This document shows positions 1 through 7,460 of a stretch of DNA of 15,194 bases, piece by piece; within the stretch, counting starts at the first letter, position 1, and each line of letters begins with the position of its first letter. A model generated the notes under the pieces. That model ran no database searches and was not told the origin of the DNA. It saw only the letters and a program-made list of their open reading frames with translations. Position numbers and translations under genes: made by a program. Source of the DNA: a virus; the UHGV virus genome UHGV-1764535; one strand, written 5' to 3'.

Positions 1-122
1 CCTGTGCAAGCCCGGAAAACTTTGATGCAGAAATTGGTCGGAAGATTGCCCGGCAGAATGCTGTAAACAAAATCTGGATGCTCGAAGGTTACTTGCTGAA
101 GCAGAAGCTAAGCGAACAGTAG
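1..122 (+). CDS. 3' end of an upstream gene (last ~39 codons), product unknown, truncated by the window start
   Basis: Open frame runs from the window edge (codon phase 3,6,9...) to TAG at 120-122; translation ...FDAEIGRKIARQNAVNKIWMLEGYLLKQKLSEQ*. I recognise no motif; called only because it is open, same strand as the operon, and followed by hairpins. Confidence 0.4.
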   Translation, partial: CASPENFDAEIGRKIARQNAVNKIWMLEGYLLKQKLSEQ

Positions 123-178
123 TTATTACAAAAGCCATTCCCTACAGAGTGGCTTTGATAATGGCTTATACCCTACAC

Positions 179-204
179 GGGATATCTTAACTGATATCCC
201 TTTT
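179..204 (+). terminator. Putative intrinsic terminator-like hairpin (GGGATATC / 6-nt loop / GATATCCC, then TTTT)
   Basis: Perfect 8-bp inverted repeat at 179-186 and 193-200 with loop TTAACT, followed by TTTT at 201-204. Stem is AT-rich (3 GC pairs), so it is weak if it terminates at all; it may instead be a protein-binding palindrome. Confidence 0.35.
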
Positions 205-225
205 AACGGATAAACGGAGCCAACA

Positions 226-468
226 ATGGCAGAGATTATTCCCATGACTGAAGAACAGAAATTCCAGTTAGAGATTTACAAACTGGTCATGAACCAGAAC
301 GCAGCCGCAGAAGAAGCATTTCAGTTCATTGGCACTGATGAGCTGAAGCTTGAGCTATTCAAAATTCACTTCCAGTCAGGCGGCGCTAATTCAGATATCA
401 CGACCCGCACTATCGAAGCGGTGCGTAAATCGAAGGAAGCGTTAGACCTGTTCACTACCGGAGCATAA
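226..468 (+). CDS. Hypothetical 80-aa protein immediately upstream of, and translationally coupled to, the small terminase gene
   Basis: ATG at 226 preceded by GGAG about 6 nt upstream; stop TAA at 466-468 lies 2 nt before the TerS ATG. Predicted acidic and helical; no motif recognised. P22 has a similarly placed ORF of the same size before gene 3, but that is from memory and unverified. Confidence 0.65.
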   Translation: MAEIIPMTEEQKFQLEIYKLVMNQNAAAEEAFQFIGTDELKLELFKIHFQSGGANSDITTRTIEAVRKSKEALDLFTTGA

Positions 469-470
469 AC

Positions 471-911
471 ATGGCGCGCCCAACAAAGTATCAAGAGGCG
501 TATGCCGAACAGGCACGCAAACTGTGTTTGCTGGGCTACACCGATGCAGAACTTGCTGATTTCTTTGAAGTCAGTGAGTCAACTATTAACAAGTGGAAGC
601 TTGATTATCCTAAGTTTTCGGAGTCCATAAAAAAGGGTAAGGCCGTAGCTGATGCAGAAGTTAGTGATCGTCTTTATCAACGCGCTATGGGCTTCGTGGC
701 TCCAGACATCGATATTCGTGTTATTGAAAACAGAATTGTCGAAACTCCGCTTGAGAAGTATTACCCGCCTGATACAACCGCCGCCATCTTCTGGCTTAAG
801 AACCGACAGAAGGATAAATGGCGCGACAAGGTTGATCACGAGCTAACAGGCAAAGACGGCGGCGCAATCCAGATTGAAACATCACCGATGAGCACTCTAT
901 TCGGAAAATGA
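471..911 (+). CDS. Terminase small subunit (TerS), 146 aa
   Basis: Position directly upstream of and overlapping TerL (ATGA overlap at 908-911). N-terminal region (PTKYQEAYAEQARKLCLLGYTDAELADFFEVSESTINKWKLDYPKFSE) looks like the helix-turn-helix DNA-binding domain common to small terminases. GGAG RBS 6 nt upstream. Confidence 0.8.
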   Translation: MARPTKYQEAYAEQARKLCLLGYTDAELADFFEVSESTINKWKLDYPKFSESIKKGKAVADAEVSDRLYQRAMGFVAPDIDIRVIENRIVETPLEKYYPPDTTAAIFWLKNRQKDKWRDKVDHELTGKDGGAIQIETSPMSTLFGK

Positions 912-2323
912 CCTCGATTAATCCTATCTTTGAACCGTTCATTGAGGCGCATCGCTACAAAGTCGCCAAAGGCGGTCGAGGTAGCGGTAAATCATGGGCA
1001 ATTGCGAGGCTGCTTGTTGAGGCGGCGCGTCGGCAGCCTGTGCGTATTCTCTGCGCTCGTGAACTGCAAAACAGTATCAGCGATTCGGTAATCCGGTTGC
1101 TTGAAGACACCATAGAGCGGGAAGGGTATTCGGCTGAGTTTGAAATTCAGCGTTCAATGATCCGTCATCTCGGAACGAATGCTGAATTCATGTTCTACGG
1201 CATAAAAAACAACCCTACGAAGATTAAATCGCTCGAAGGCATTGATATCTGCTGGGTGGAAGAAGCGGAAGCGGTAACAAAGGAATCGTGGGATATCCTG
1301 ATACCAACCATCCGCAAGCCGTTTTCCGAAATATGGGTGAGCTTTAACCCGAAGAACATACTCGACGATACCTATCAGCGATTCGTTGTAAATCCTCCCG
1401 ATGATATTTGTCTGCTGACGGTGAACTACACCGACAATCCGCATTTTCCTGAAGTTCTCCGTCTGGAGATGGAAGAGTGTAAACGCAGAAACCCGACACT
1501 GTATCGTCACATCTGGCTTGGTGAGCCAGTAAGCGCAAGTGATATGGCAATCATCAAACGTGAATGGCTTGAAGCCGCAACCGATGCGCACAAGAAACTC
1601 GGATGGAAAGCGAAAGGCGCTGTTGTCTCTGCGCATGACCCATCAGATACAGGGCCAGATGCTAAAGGTTATGCATCGCGTCACGGTTCGGTAGTTAAGC
1701 GCATTGCCGAAGGTCTGCTGATGGATATCAACGAGGGTGCTGACTGGGCAACTTCGCTGGCGATTGAAGACGGCGCTGACCACTACCTGTGGGATGGTGA
1801 TGGTGTTGGTGCTGGGCTACGCAGACAGACAACGGAAGCGTTCTCCGGCAAGAAAATCACCGCCACGATGTTCAAGGGCAGCGAATCGCCATTCGATGAA
1901 GATGCACCATATCAGGCCGGAGCATGGGCCGATGAAGTCGTACAGGGCGACAACGTTCGCACTATTGGTGATGTGTTCCGCAATAAGCGAGCACAATTCT
2001 ATTACGCGCTGGCTGACAGGCTGTATCTGACATATCGGGCGGTTGTTCACGGTGAGTATGCAGACCCCGACGACATGCTGAGTTTCGACAAAGAAGCGAT
2101 AGGCGAGAAGATGCTGGAGAAGCTGTTTGCAGAACTGACGCAGATTCAGCGCAAATTCAATAACAACGGGAAGCTTGAGCTAATGACTAAGGTCGAAATG
2201 AAGCAGAAGCTCGGTATTCCATCTCCTAACCTGGCTGATGCGCTGATGATGTGTATGCATTGCCCGGAGTCGGCTGCGCAACCCGACTATTCCAGTTACT
2301 CAATTCCTTGTGGTGTAGGTTGA
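908..2323 (+). CDS. Terminase large subunit (TerL), 471 aa; ATPase plus nuclease
   Basis: Walker A VAKGGRGSGKS near the N-terminus and Walker B-like DICWVEEAE. Size and N-terminus (MTSINPIFEPFIEAHRYKV...) match what I recall of the Sf6-type large terminase (about 470 aa). Start overlaps the TerS stop. Confidence 0.93.
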   Translation: MTSINPIFEPFIEAHRYKVAKGGRGSGKSWAIARLLVEAARRQPVRILCARELQNSISDSVIRLLEDTIEREGYSAEFEIQRSMIRHLGTNAEFMFYGIKNNPTKIKSLEGIDICWVEEAEAVTKESWDILIPTIRKPFSEIWVSFNPKNILDDTYQRFVVNPPDDICLLTVNYTDNPHFPEVLRLEMEECKRRNPTLYRHIWLGEPVSASDMAIIKREWLEAATDAHKKLGWKAKGAVVSAHDPSDTGPDAKGYASRHGSVVKRIAEGLLMDINEGADWATSLAIEDGADHYLWDGDGVGAGLRRQTTEAFSGKKITATMFKGSESPFDEDAPYQAGAWADEVVQGDNVRTIGDVFRNKRAQFYYALADRLYLTYRAVVHGEYADPDDMLSFDKEAIGEKMLEKLFAELTQIQRKFNNNGKLELMTKVEMKQKLGIPSPNLADALMMCMHCPESAAQPDYSSYSIPCGVG

Positions 2324-2324
2324 T

Positions 2325-4523
2325 ATGGCAGAAAAAAAGATGACTGACTGGCATCGCAAGGTGCTGTGCAACTTTGATAATGCCTGGTCAGCAACGCAGG
2401 ATATGCGTGAGCAGATTATTGAGGCTCAACGTTTCGTCCGGGTATCCGGCGCACAGTGGGAAGGCAGCACAAACGCTGGTTACTCATTTGATGAAGGCAG
2501 GTTTGAGCATTACCCGCGCTTTGAACTGAATAAGATTGCCCGTGAATGTGATCGCATCATTGGCGAGTATCGACAGAATCGCATCAGCGTTAAATTCAGG
2601 CCGAAGGACGATAAGGCATCGGAAGCGTTAGCCGAAAAGATGAATGGTAAATTCCGCGCTGACTATCAGGAAACATCCGGTGGTGAAGCGTGTGATAACG
2701 CATTTGATGATGCTGTAACGGGCGGATTCGGTTGTTTCCGCATGTGTGCCGATTACGAAGATGAAATGGATCCGAGTAACGAGCAACGCCGTATAAGCCT
2801 TCTCCCTGTTTACGACCCAGCGACATGCGTCTTCTTTGATCAGGACAGCAAGCAATATGACCGCTCTGATGCTATGTGGGCTATGGAAATGTTCTCCATG
2901 ACGCCTAAAGCGTTCGAGGCTGAATACCCTGATTCCATCGCGGCAAGCCTTTCTCGTGATGACACTGGTACTCAATATGACTGGTCAACTCCTGATGCTA
3001 TCTATGTTGGTCGCTACTACGAAGTTCGCGTAGAGAAGGTGAAGCTCACAGCATGGCGTAACCCTGTTAGCGGAGAAACGGCAATCTATGATGAAGATCA
3101 AATCAAAGATATTGTCGACGAGCTGACCGATGGCGCATTCGAACTGATTGGTGAGCGGACAGTGAAGAAACGCCGAGTTTATTGCGGTCTTCTGTCTGGC
3201 GCTGAATGGCTGGAAGAACCGAAGCGTATTCCGGGCGAACATATTCCTCTCATCCCGGTATATGGGCGTCGTTCATTTGTTGATAATCAGGAGCGAATCG
3301 AAGGCCACGCTGCAAAAGCGATGGATGCACAGCGTCTTGAGAACCTGATGGTTTCCATGATTGCAGATAACGCTACTCAGGCTGGCGGTGATGGCATTCC
3401 TATCGTGGATGTTGATTTCATTCCCGGTCCATTAATGAATCACTGGGCAGAGAGGAATAAGAAAAGACCTGCAGTTCTTCCCATGACCAGCAAGAAGGAC
3501 AAAAACGGAACGGTCATTTCAGAGGCTCAGGTTGCTGGCTGGACACCTCCGACACAAATGCCTCCAGCTCTTGCCGGGCTATTGCAGTACACCGGAACGG
3601 CTATTCAGCAAATTACAGGTGCGTCGCAGCTTGAGAACATGCCGAGCAACGTCGCCACCGATACCGTTGATAGCATCTTTAACCGGATGGACACGCAGTC
3701 CTATATCTACATGGACAACATGGCTAAATCCATGCGCCGCGCTGGCGTTGTGTGGCTTTCTATGGCTCGTGAAGTCTATGGCAGCGATACGCCAATGCGC
3801 ATCGTTAATGAGGACGGCAGTGATGACGTTGCGCTGATGACTGGTGAAGTGGTTGACCGTCAGACAGGGCAGGTTATCGCGCTTAACGACCTTTCGCAGG
3901 GTAACTATGAAGTGACTGTCGATGTCGGTCAGTCGTTCGCTACTCGCCGTGATGCAACGGTTAAGTCGTTACTTTCCATGCTGGCACTTATCCCGCCAGG
4001 AACGCCGAAGCACGACCTTGTATCGTCGATGATTCTCGACAATATGGACGGCGAAGGGATGGACGACCTTAAAGAATACAACCGCAATCAGTTGCTTCTG
4101 TCTGGAGTTATCAAGCCGAGAACGCCAGAAGAGCAGCAAATGGTTGAGCAGGCGAAACAACAACAGGCCAGTCAGCCAGATCCGGCTATGGTTGCTGCGC
4201 AAGGTCAGCTTCTTGCTGGTCAGGCTGAATTGCAGAAAGCGCAGAACGAACAGGCAGCCATTCAGGTTAAAGCATTCCAGGCACAGATTGATGCTCAGGT
4301 TGCAGCGGCAAATGTTGTGAAAATCCTCGCATCTGCCGATAGCCAGCAGAAATCTGATATCCGCGAGGCTCTGAAACTGCTCGGACAGTTCCAGCAACAG
4401 CAAGGAGATAATGCCCGTGCTGATGCAGAGCTTGTCCTGAAAAGTCAGGCTCAGGGCCATGCGCAGCGCATGGACATCAGCAGCATCCTGCAAAAATCAA
4501 CTCAGCAACAACCACAGCAGTAA
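2325..4523 (+). CDS. Portal protein (P22 gp1-like), 732 aa
   Basis: Recognisable similarity to P22 portal: ...KRRRVY..., GEHIPLIPVYG, PDPAMVAAQGQLLAGQAELQKAQNEQ, ARADAELVLKSQAQGHAQRMDISSILQ. The Gln-rich helical C-terminus corresponds to the P22 portal barrel. Starts 1 nt after the TerL stop. Confidence 0.93.
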   Translation: MAEKKMTDWHRKVLCNFDNAWSATQDMREQIIEAQRFVRVSGAQWEGSTNAGYSFDEGRFEHYPRFELNKIARECDRIIGEYRQNRISVKFRPKDDKASEALAEKMNGKFRADYQETSGGEACDNAFDDAVTGGFGCFRMCADYEDEMDPSNEQRRISLLPVYDPATCVFFDQDSKQYDRSDAMWAMEMFSMTPKAFEAEYPDSIAASLSRDDTGTQYDWSTPDAIYVGRYYEVRVEKVKLTAWRNPVSGETAIYDEDQIKDIVDELTDGAFELIGERTVKKRRVYCGLLSGAEWLEEPKRIPGEHIPLIPVYGRRSFVDNQERIEGHAAKAMDAQRLENLMVSMIADNATQAGGDGIPIVDVDFIPGPLMNHWAERNKKRPAVLPMTSKKDKNGTVISEAQVAGWTPPTQMPPALAGLLQYTGTAIQQITGASQLENMPSNVATDTVDSIFNRMDTQSYIYMDNMAKSMRRAGVVWLSMAREVYGSDTPMRIVNEDGSDDVALMTGEVVDRQTGQVIALNDLSQGNYEVTVDVGQSFATRRDATVKSLLSMLALIPPGTPKHDLVSSMILDNMDGEGMDDLKEYNRNQLLLSGVIKPRTPEEQQMVEQAKQQQASQPDPAMVAAQGQLLAGQAELQKAQNEQAAIQVKAFQAQIDAQVAAANVVKILASADSQQKSDIREALKLLGQFQQQQGDNARADAELVLKSQAQGHAQRMDISSILQKSTQQQPQQ

Positions 4524-4613
4524 TTAACCCATAACGTGCAATGGCTGTCTTTATGAGGCCTGGCACCCTATTGCCTTCCGATGGGCTGAACATCGAGTAA
4601 ACAGGGGTAACAA

Positions 4614-5507
4614 ATGGACCAGATGGCAGAAAACACACCAGAAGCTGAAATCGAAACCGACGCGTCAGAGCAGATTCCTGGTGATGTCGAACTGGCTGAA
4701 GAAGTCGAAACAGAAGATGGCAGTGAGTCCTCCGGCAATGATGCAGAGGAAGCTACTGAAACTGATGACGACGAATCAGAACAGGAATTCTACTTTGGTG
4801 ACGAAAAGCTGGATTCGCCAACCAGCGAAGATGGCGCAGAGCATGGACTGGTAAAACACCTGCGCAAGACGATTAAAGAGAAAGACCGCGAGCTGAAAGA
4901 GCTGATGCGTCAGTCTCAGAAACCCGTCGAGCAGCAGCCGGTAATCACTCAACCACCGCGAATGCCAAAACTGGACGATGAGGACATCGGTTTCGATGAA
5001 GAAATCTACCAGCAACGCATGGCTAAGTGGGCAGAGGATAACGGCAAGTACCAGCAACAGGAGATGGCTCGCAAGCAGAAGGAGCAGGAGCTTCAGGCTG
5101 CCTATCAAGAGCGATTATCCAAATATCAGCAACGTGTTAAGGCTCTCAAAGTTCCTGGCTATCAGGAAGCTGAGCAGGCCGTACTCGAGGAAATCCCCAT
5201 CGAGACACAAAACGCGATCCTGTTTGAGTCAGAGAAGCCGGAAATCGTTGTTCTGGCGCTCGGTCGCAACGCTGAACTGCGCAAGCAACTGGCAGAAGCT
5301 ACCAACCCCGTAGCAATTGGTCGTCTGCTGGAACGTATCGAATCGAAGGCCAGAATCATGCCAAAAGCAAAAACCACGGCAGCCACAACCCCGACAGTTA
5401 AGGGGAGCAACGGCGTAGTAATCAATAACCTCGACAAACTGAAAGCCAAGGCGCTGGAAACTGGTGACTGGACGCCGTATTTCGCCGCTAAAAAGGCAAA
5501 AAAATAA
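4614..5507 (+). CDS. Scaffolding protein (P22 gp8-like), 297 aa
   Basis: Position between portal and coat; highly acidic N-terminal ~80 aa, charged helical middle, basic C-terminal tail (LDKLKAKALETGDWTPYFAAKKAKK) resembling the coat-binding helix-turn-helix of P22 scaffold. AGGGG RBS upstream. Confidence 0.8.
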   Translation: MDQMAENTPEAEIETDASEQIPGDVELAEEVETEDGSESSGNDAEEATETDDDESEQEFYFGDEKLDSPTSEDGAEHGLVKHLRKTIKEKDRELKELMRQSQKPVEQQPVITQPPRMPKLDDEDIGFDEEIYQQRMAKWAEDNGKYQQQEMARKQKEQELQAAYQERLSKYQQRVKALKVPGYQEAEQAVLEEIPIETQNAILFESEKPEIVVLALGRNAELRKQLAEATNPVAIGRLLERIESKARIMPKAKTTAATTPTVKGSNGVVINNLDKLKAKALETGDWTPYFAAKKAKK

Positions 5508-5525
5508 CCTATCGGAGCATTAAGC

Positions 5526-6779
5526 ATGGCTAACCAATTAGCAAAAGACCTTGAAATCATGTTCGAAAACTACGTTGAAGGCTTTGAGGCCGCCTGCGTA
5601 GTTTCCCGTAACGCTAAAAAATTCCGTCCCGGTGATACAGCAATGCAGCGAGCAGGTGATGTTCTGTATCGTCCGCAGCATTACCACATGAACATTGAAG
5701 AAGGCCTCGATCTCAGCAGCAAAACGCCAACAGCACTGGTTCAGCGCCTTGTTCCTTCTGTGTTCAAGGAGCCGAAAAACATTCTGTACACTCTGGATGC
5801 GCGTGAAATGCGTGACCCGGAACATAAAACTGAAGCTGGTCGCGCCGCAGGTATGCGCCTTGCTGCACAGATTGACTCTGACCTGATTTCCATGGTTACG
5901 CAGCGTGCTACTAACGTGATCACGATGGCTGACTCAACCACTGGTTCACAGGGCCGTGATTTGTGGAACTGTGCGGCAGGTATTGATGCCACCATGACGG
6001 CGATTGGTGTACCACAGGGTATCAACCGCCGCTCTTTCTGGAACCCCTTCAACTACAAAGACCTTGCTGGCGAGCTTGGTCACCGTGCCTATGCTCAGGG
6101 CGCAACCCTGACAGCATACGAAAAAGCGCAGATCCCTCCGGTTGCGTCCTTCGATAGCTACAAGACCGATATTTCTGGTCGTGTTCCGAAGGGTACAGCA
6201 ACTTCCATTACGCTGGCAGCAGCACCTGCGCACAAGGTTGAAGCGAAAGATGCTAACGATATGCCAGTGGATAACCGACAGGGGACCATTACGGTATCTG
6301 CTGAAGGTTTGCAGGTTGGCGATGCGTTTACCATCGCAGGGGTGAATTCCGTACACCAGATCACCAAAGATACCACCGGGCAGCCGCAGGTATTCCGCGT
6401 TCTGGCAGTTAGCGGAACGACAGTAACTATCTCCCCGAAAATTCTGCCGCCTGACAACGCGGATGTCGCCAGCCGTCCATATGCAAACGTTGATGCTAAT
6501 GCGGCAAGTAGCGCAGCAATCACCATTCTCAACAAAAATGCCGCACCGGCTAACCTGTTCTGGGCTGATGGTTCTGTTGAACTGATGTACGGCAAACTGG
6601 CGTTCCCGACTGGTCAGGGTCCACAGGTAATGACAGCAACCACCGAGCAGGGCGCTACGCTGATCATGTCTTACGCCTTCGACCACATCAAAGGCGTAAC
6701 CACTGCGCGTTTCACCACTCTGTACGGTTGCTCTGTACTGGTTCCTGAATATACGGGCATCGTTATTGCCGGGCAGTAA
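5526..6779 (+). CDS. Major capsid (coat) protein, P22 gp5-like, 417 aa
   Basis: Position after scaffold; size close to P22/Sf6 coat; shared motifs with P22 coat as I recall it (N-terminal ...KK(F/Y)xP...MQR..., ...YANV..., ...FWAD...). GGAG RBS; followed by a strong terminator hairpin. Confidence 0.88.
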   Translation: MANQLAKDLEIMFENYVEGFEAACVVSRNAKKFRPGDTAMQRAGDVLYRPQHYHMNIEEGLDLSSKTPTALVQRLVPSVFKEPKNILYTLDAREMRDPEHKTEAGRAAGMRLAAQIDSDLISMVTQRATNVITMADSTTGSQGRDLWNCAAGIDATMTAIGVPQGINRRSFWNPFNYKDLAGELGHRAYAQGATLTAYEKAQIPPVASFDSYKTDISGRVPKGTATSITLAAAPAHKVEAKDANDMPVDNRQGTITVSAEGLQVGDAFTIAGVNSVHQITKDTTGQPQVFRVLAVSGTTVTISPKILPPDNADVASRPYANVDANAASSAAITILNKNAAPANLFWADGSVELMYGKLAFPTGQGPQVMTATTEQGATLIMSYAFDHIKGVTTARFTTLYGCSVLVPEYTGIVIAGQ

Positions 6780-6786
6780 TTTAGGT

Positions 6787-6809
6787 GGGGCTTCGGCCCC
6801 ATTTTTATT
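6787..6809 (+). terminator. Rho-independent terminator: GGGGC-TTCG-GCCCC followed by ATTTTTATT
   Basis: Perfect 5-bp GC stem with UUCG tetraloop (6787-6800) and a downstream T-run, lying 8 nt after the coat stop codon. Confidence 0.7.
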
Positions 6810-6820
6810 GGGAGAAGACA

Positions 6821-7009
6821 ATGGCACGAACAATGCTCTATAAGCCGGGCAACATGATCACCTGTGGTCAGTTTGCTGTCGATTACATCATTGTTGATGA
6901 CGAAGAAGTTAAATCTCACCTGAAAAAAGGTTGGGTAAAAACTCCTGAAGAAACCGCAACGAAGCAAAAAGTGGCTAAGGCGGAAGAAGATGGCGAAAAC
7001 GAAGGGTGA
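6821..7009 (+). CDS. Small hypothetical protein (62 aa) between coat and the gp4-like gene
   Basis: ATG at 6821 with GGGAGA RBS about 7 nt upstream. The six-frame ORF starts at 6785, but that ATG lies inside the terminator hairpin. 3' end overlaps the gp4-like start by 20 nt in another frame. Acidic C-terminus; no motif recognised. Confidence 0.5.
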   Translation: MARTMLYKPGNMITCGQFAVDYIIVDDEEVKSHLKKGWVKTPEETATKQKVAKAEEDGENEG

Positions 7010-7451
7010 TCTCGTTCTTAAGGCTTTACGAAAAGCCGGGCTGTATTCCAATGCCACGTTGACAGATGCTGACCCTCAGGCAATTGAAGATGCCATTAAT
7101 GACCTCGAAGACATGATGGCAGCATGGCAGGCTAAAGGTATCGAGCTTGGGTATCAGTTTGCTGATACAGAAAACGGCATGATGCCGTTACCTGATGATG
7201 ATTCAGGCATCCCCGCATGGGCAAATGATGGCGTCGCTTTGAAACTCGCTGTGCAAGTGTGCATGGATAACGTCATTCAGCCGTCAGACGCTCTCCTTAC
7301 CGCTGCTGACAGTGCATATCAAACAATCTGCATCGCTTTAACCAAAATACCACCACTTGAGCGGCGAAATGACATGCCTCGCGGGGCGGGGTTAAAAAGC
7401 GCGTTTACGTGGAATCGGTTTTACATCGAGAAAGATGAACCGAGTACGTGA
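6990..7451 (+). CDS. Head-to-tail adaptor / tail accessory factor (P22 gp4-like), 153 aa
   Basis: N-terminus MAKTKGDLVLKALRKAGLYSNATLTDADPQAIEDAINDLEDMMAAWQ matches the P22 gp4 N-terminal pattern (KTKGDLV..ALRK.G...ATLTD..PQ...DA..DLE.MMA.W) as I recall it; syntenic position. Confidence 0.82.
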   Translation: MAKTKGDLVLKALRKAGLYSNATLTDADPQAIEDAINDLEDMMAAWQAKGIELGYQFADTENGMMPLPDDDSGIPAWANDGVALKLAVQVCMDNVIQPSDALLTAADSAYQTICIALTKIPPLERRNDMPRGAGLKSAFTWNRFYIEKDEPST

Positions 7452-7460
7452 GGTGAATAA

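Noticed and set aside
1154-1636. 160-aa minus-strand ORF inside the large terminase gene (and nested 68-aa ORF at 1344-1550)
   Set aside because: Antisense to a CDS with clear Walker motifs; no independent support.
3969-4493. 174-aa minus-strand ORF antisense to the portal gene
   Set aside because: Embedded antisense in the portal CDS; Leu/Arg/Cys-rich composition; no start context.
4776-5313. Alternative-frame ORFs within the scaffolding gene (110 aa minus strand; 111 aa plus strand)
   Set aside because: Arg/Ser-rich or Leu-rich translations characteristic of wrong-frame reads; fully overlapped by the scaffold CDS.
6142-6595. 67-aa plus-strand and 145-aa minus-strand ORFs within the coat gene
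   Set aside because: Overlap the coat CDS in other frames; no RBS; composition atypical.
6785-6820. Upstream ATG (6785) as start of the small ORF after the coat gene
   Set aside because: This ATG lies inside the terminator hairpin stem and lacks an RBS; the ATG at 6821 has a GGGAGA RBS.
5946-6833. 295-aa minus-strand ORF antisense to the coat gene
   Set aside because: Lies entirely inside and antisense to a strongly supported CDS; Arg/Cys/Gly-rich translation typical of off-frame reading of coding DNA; no RBS; extends through the coat terminator.
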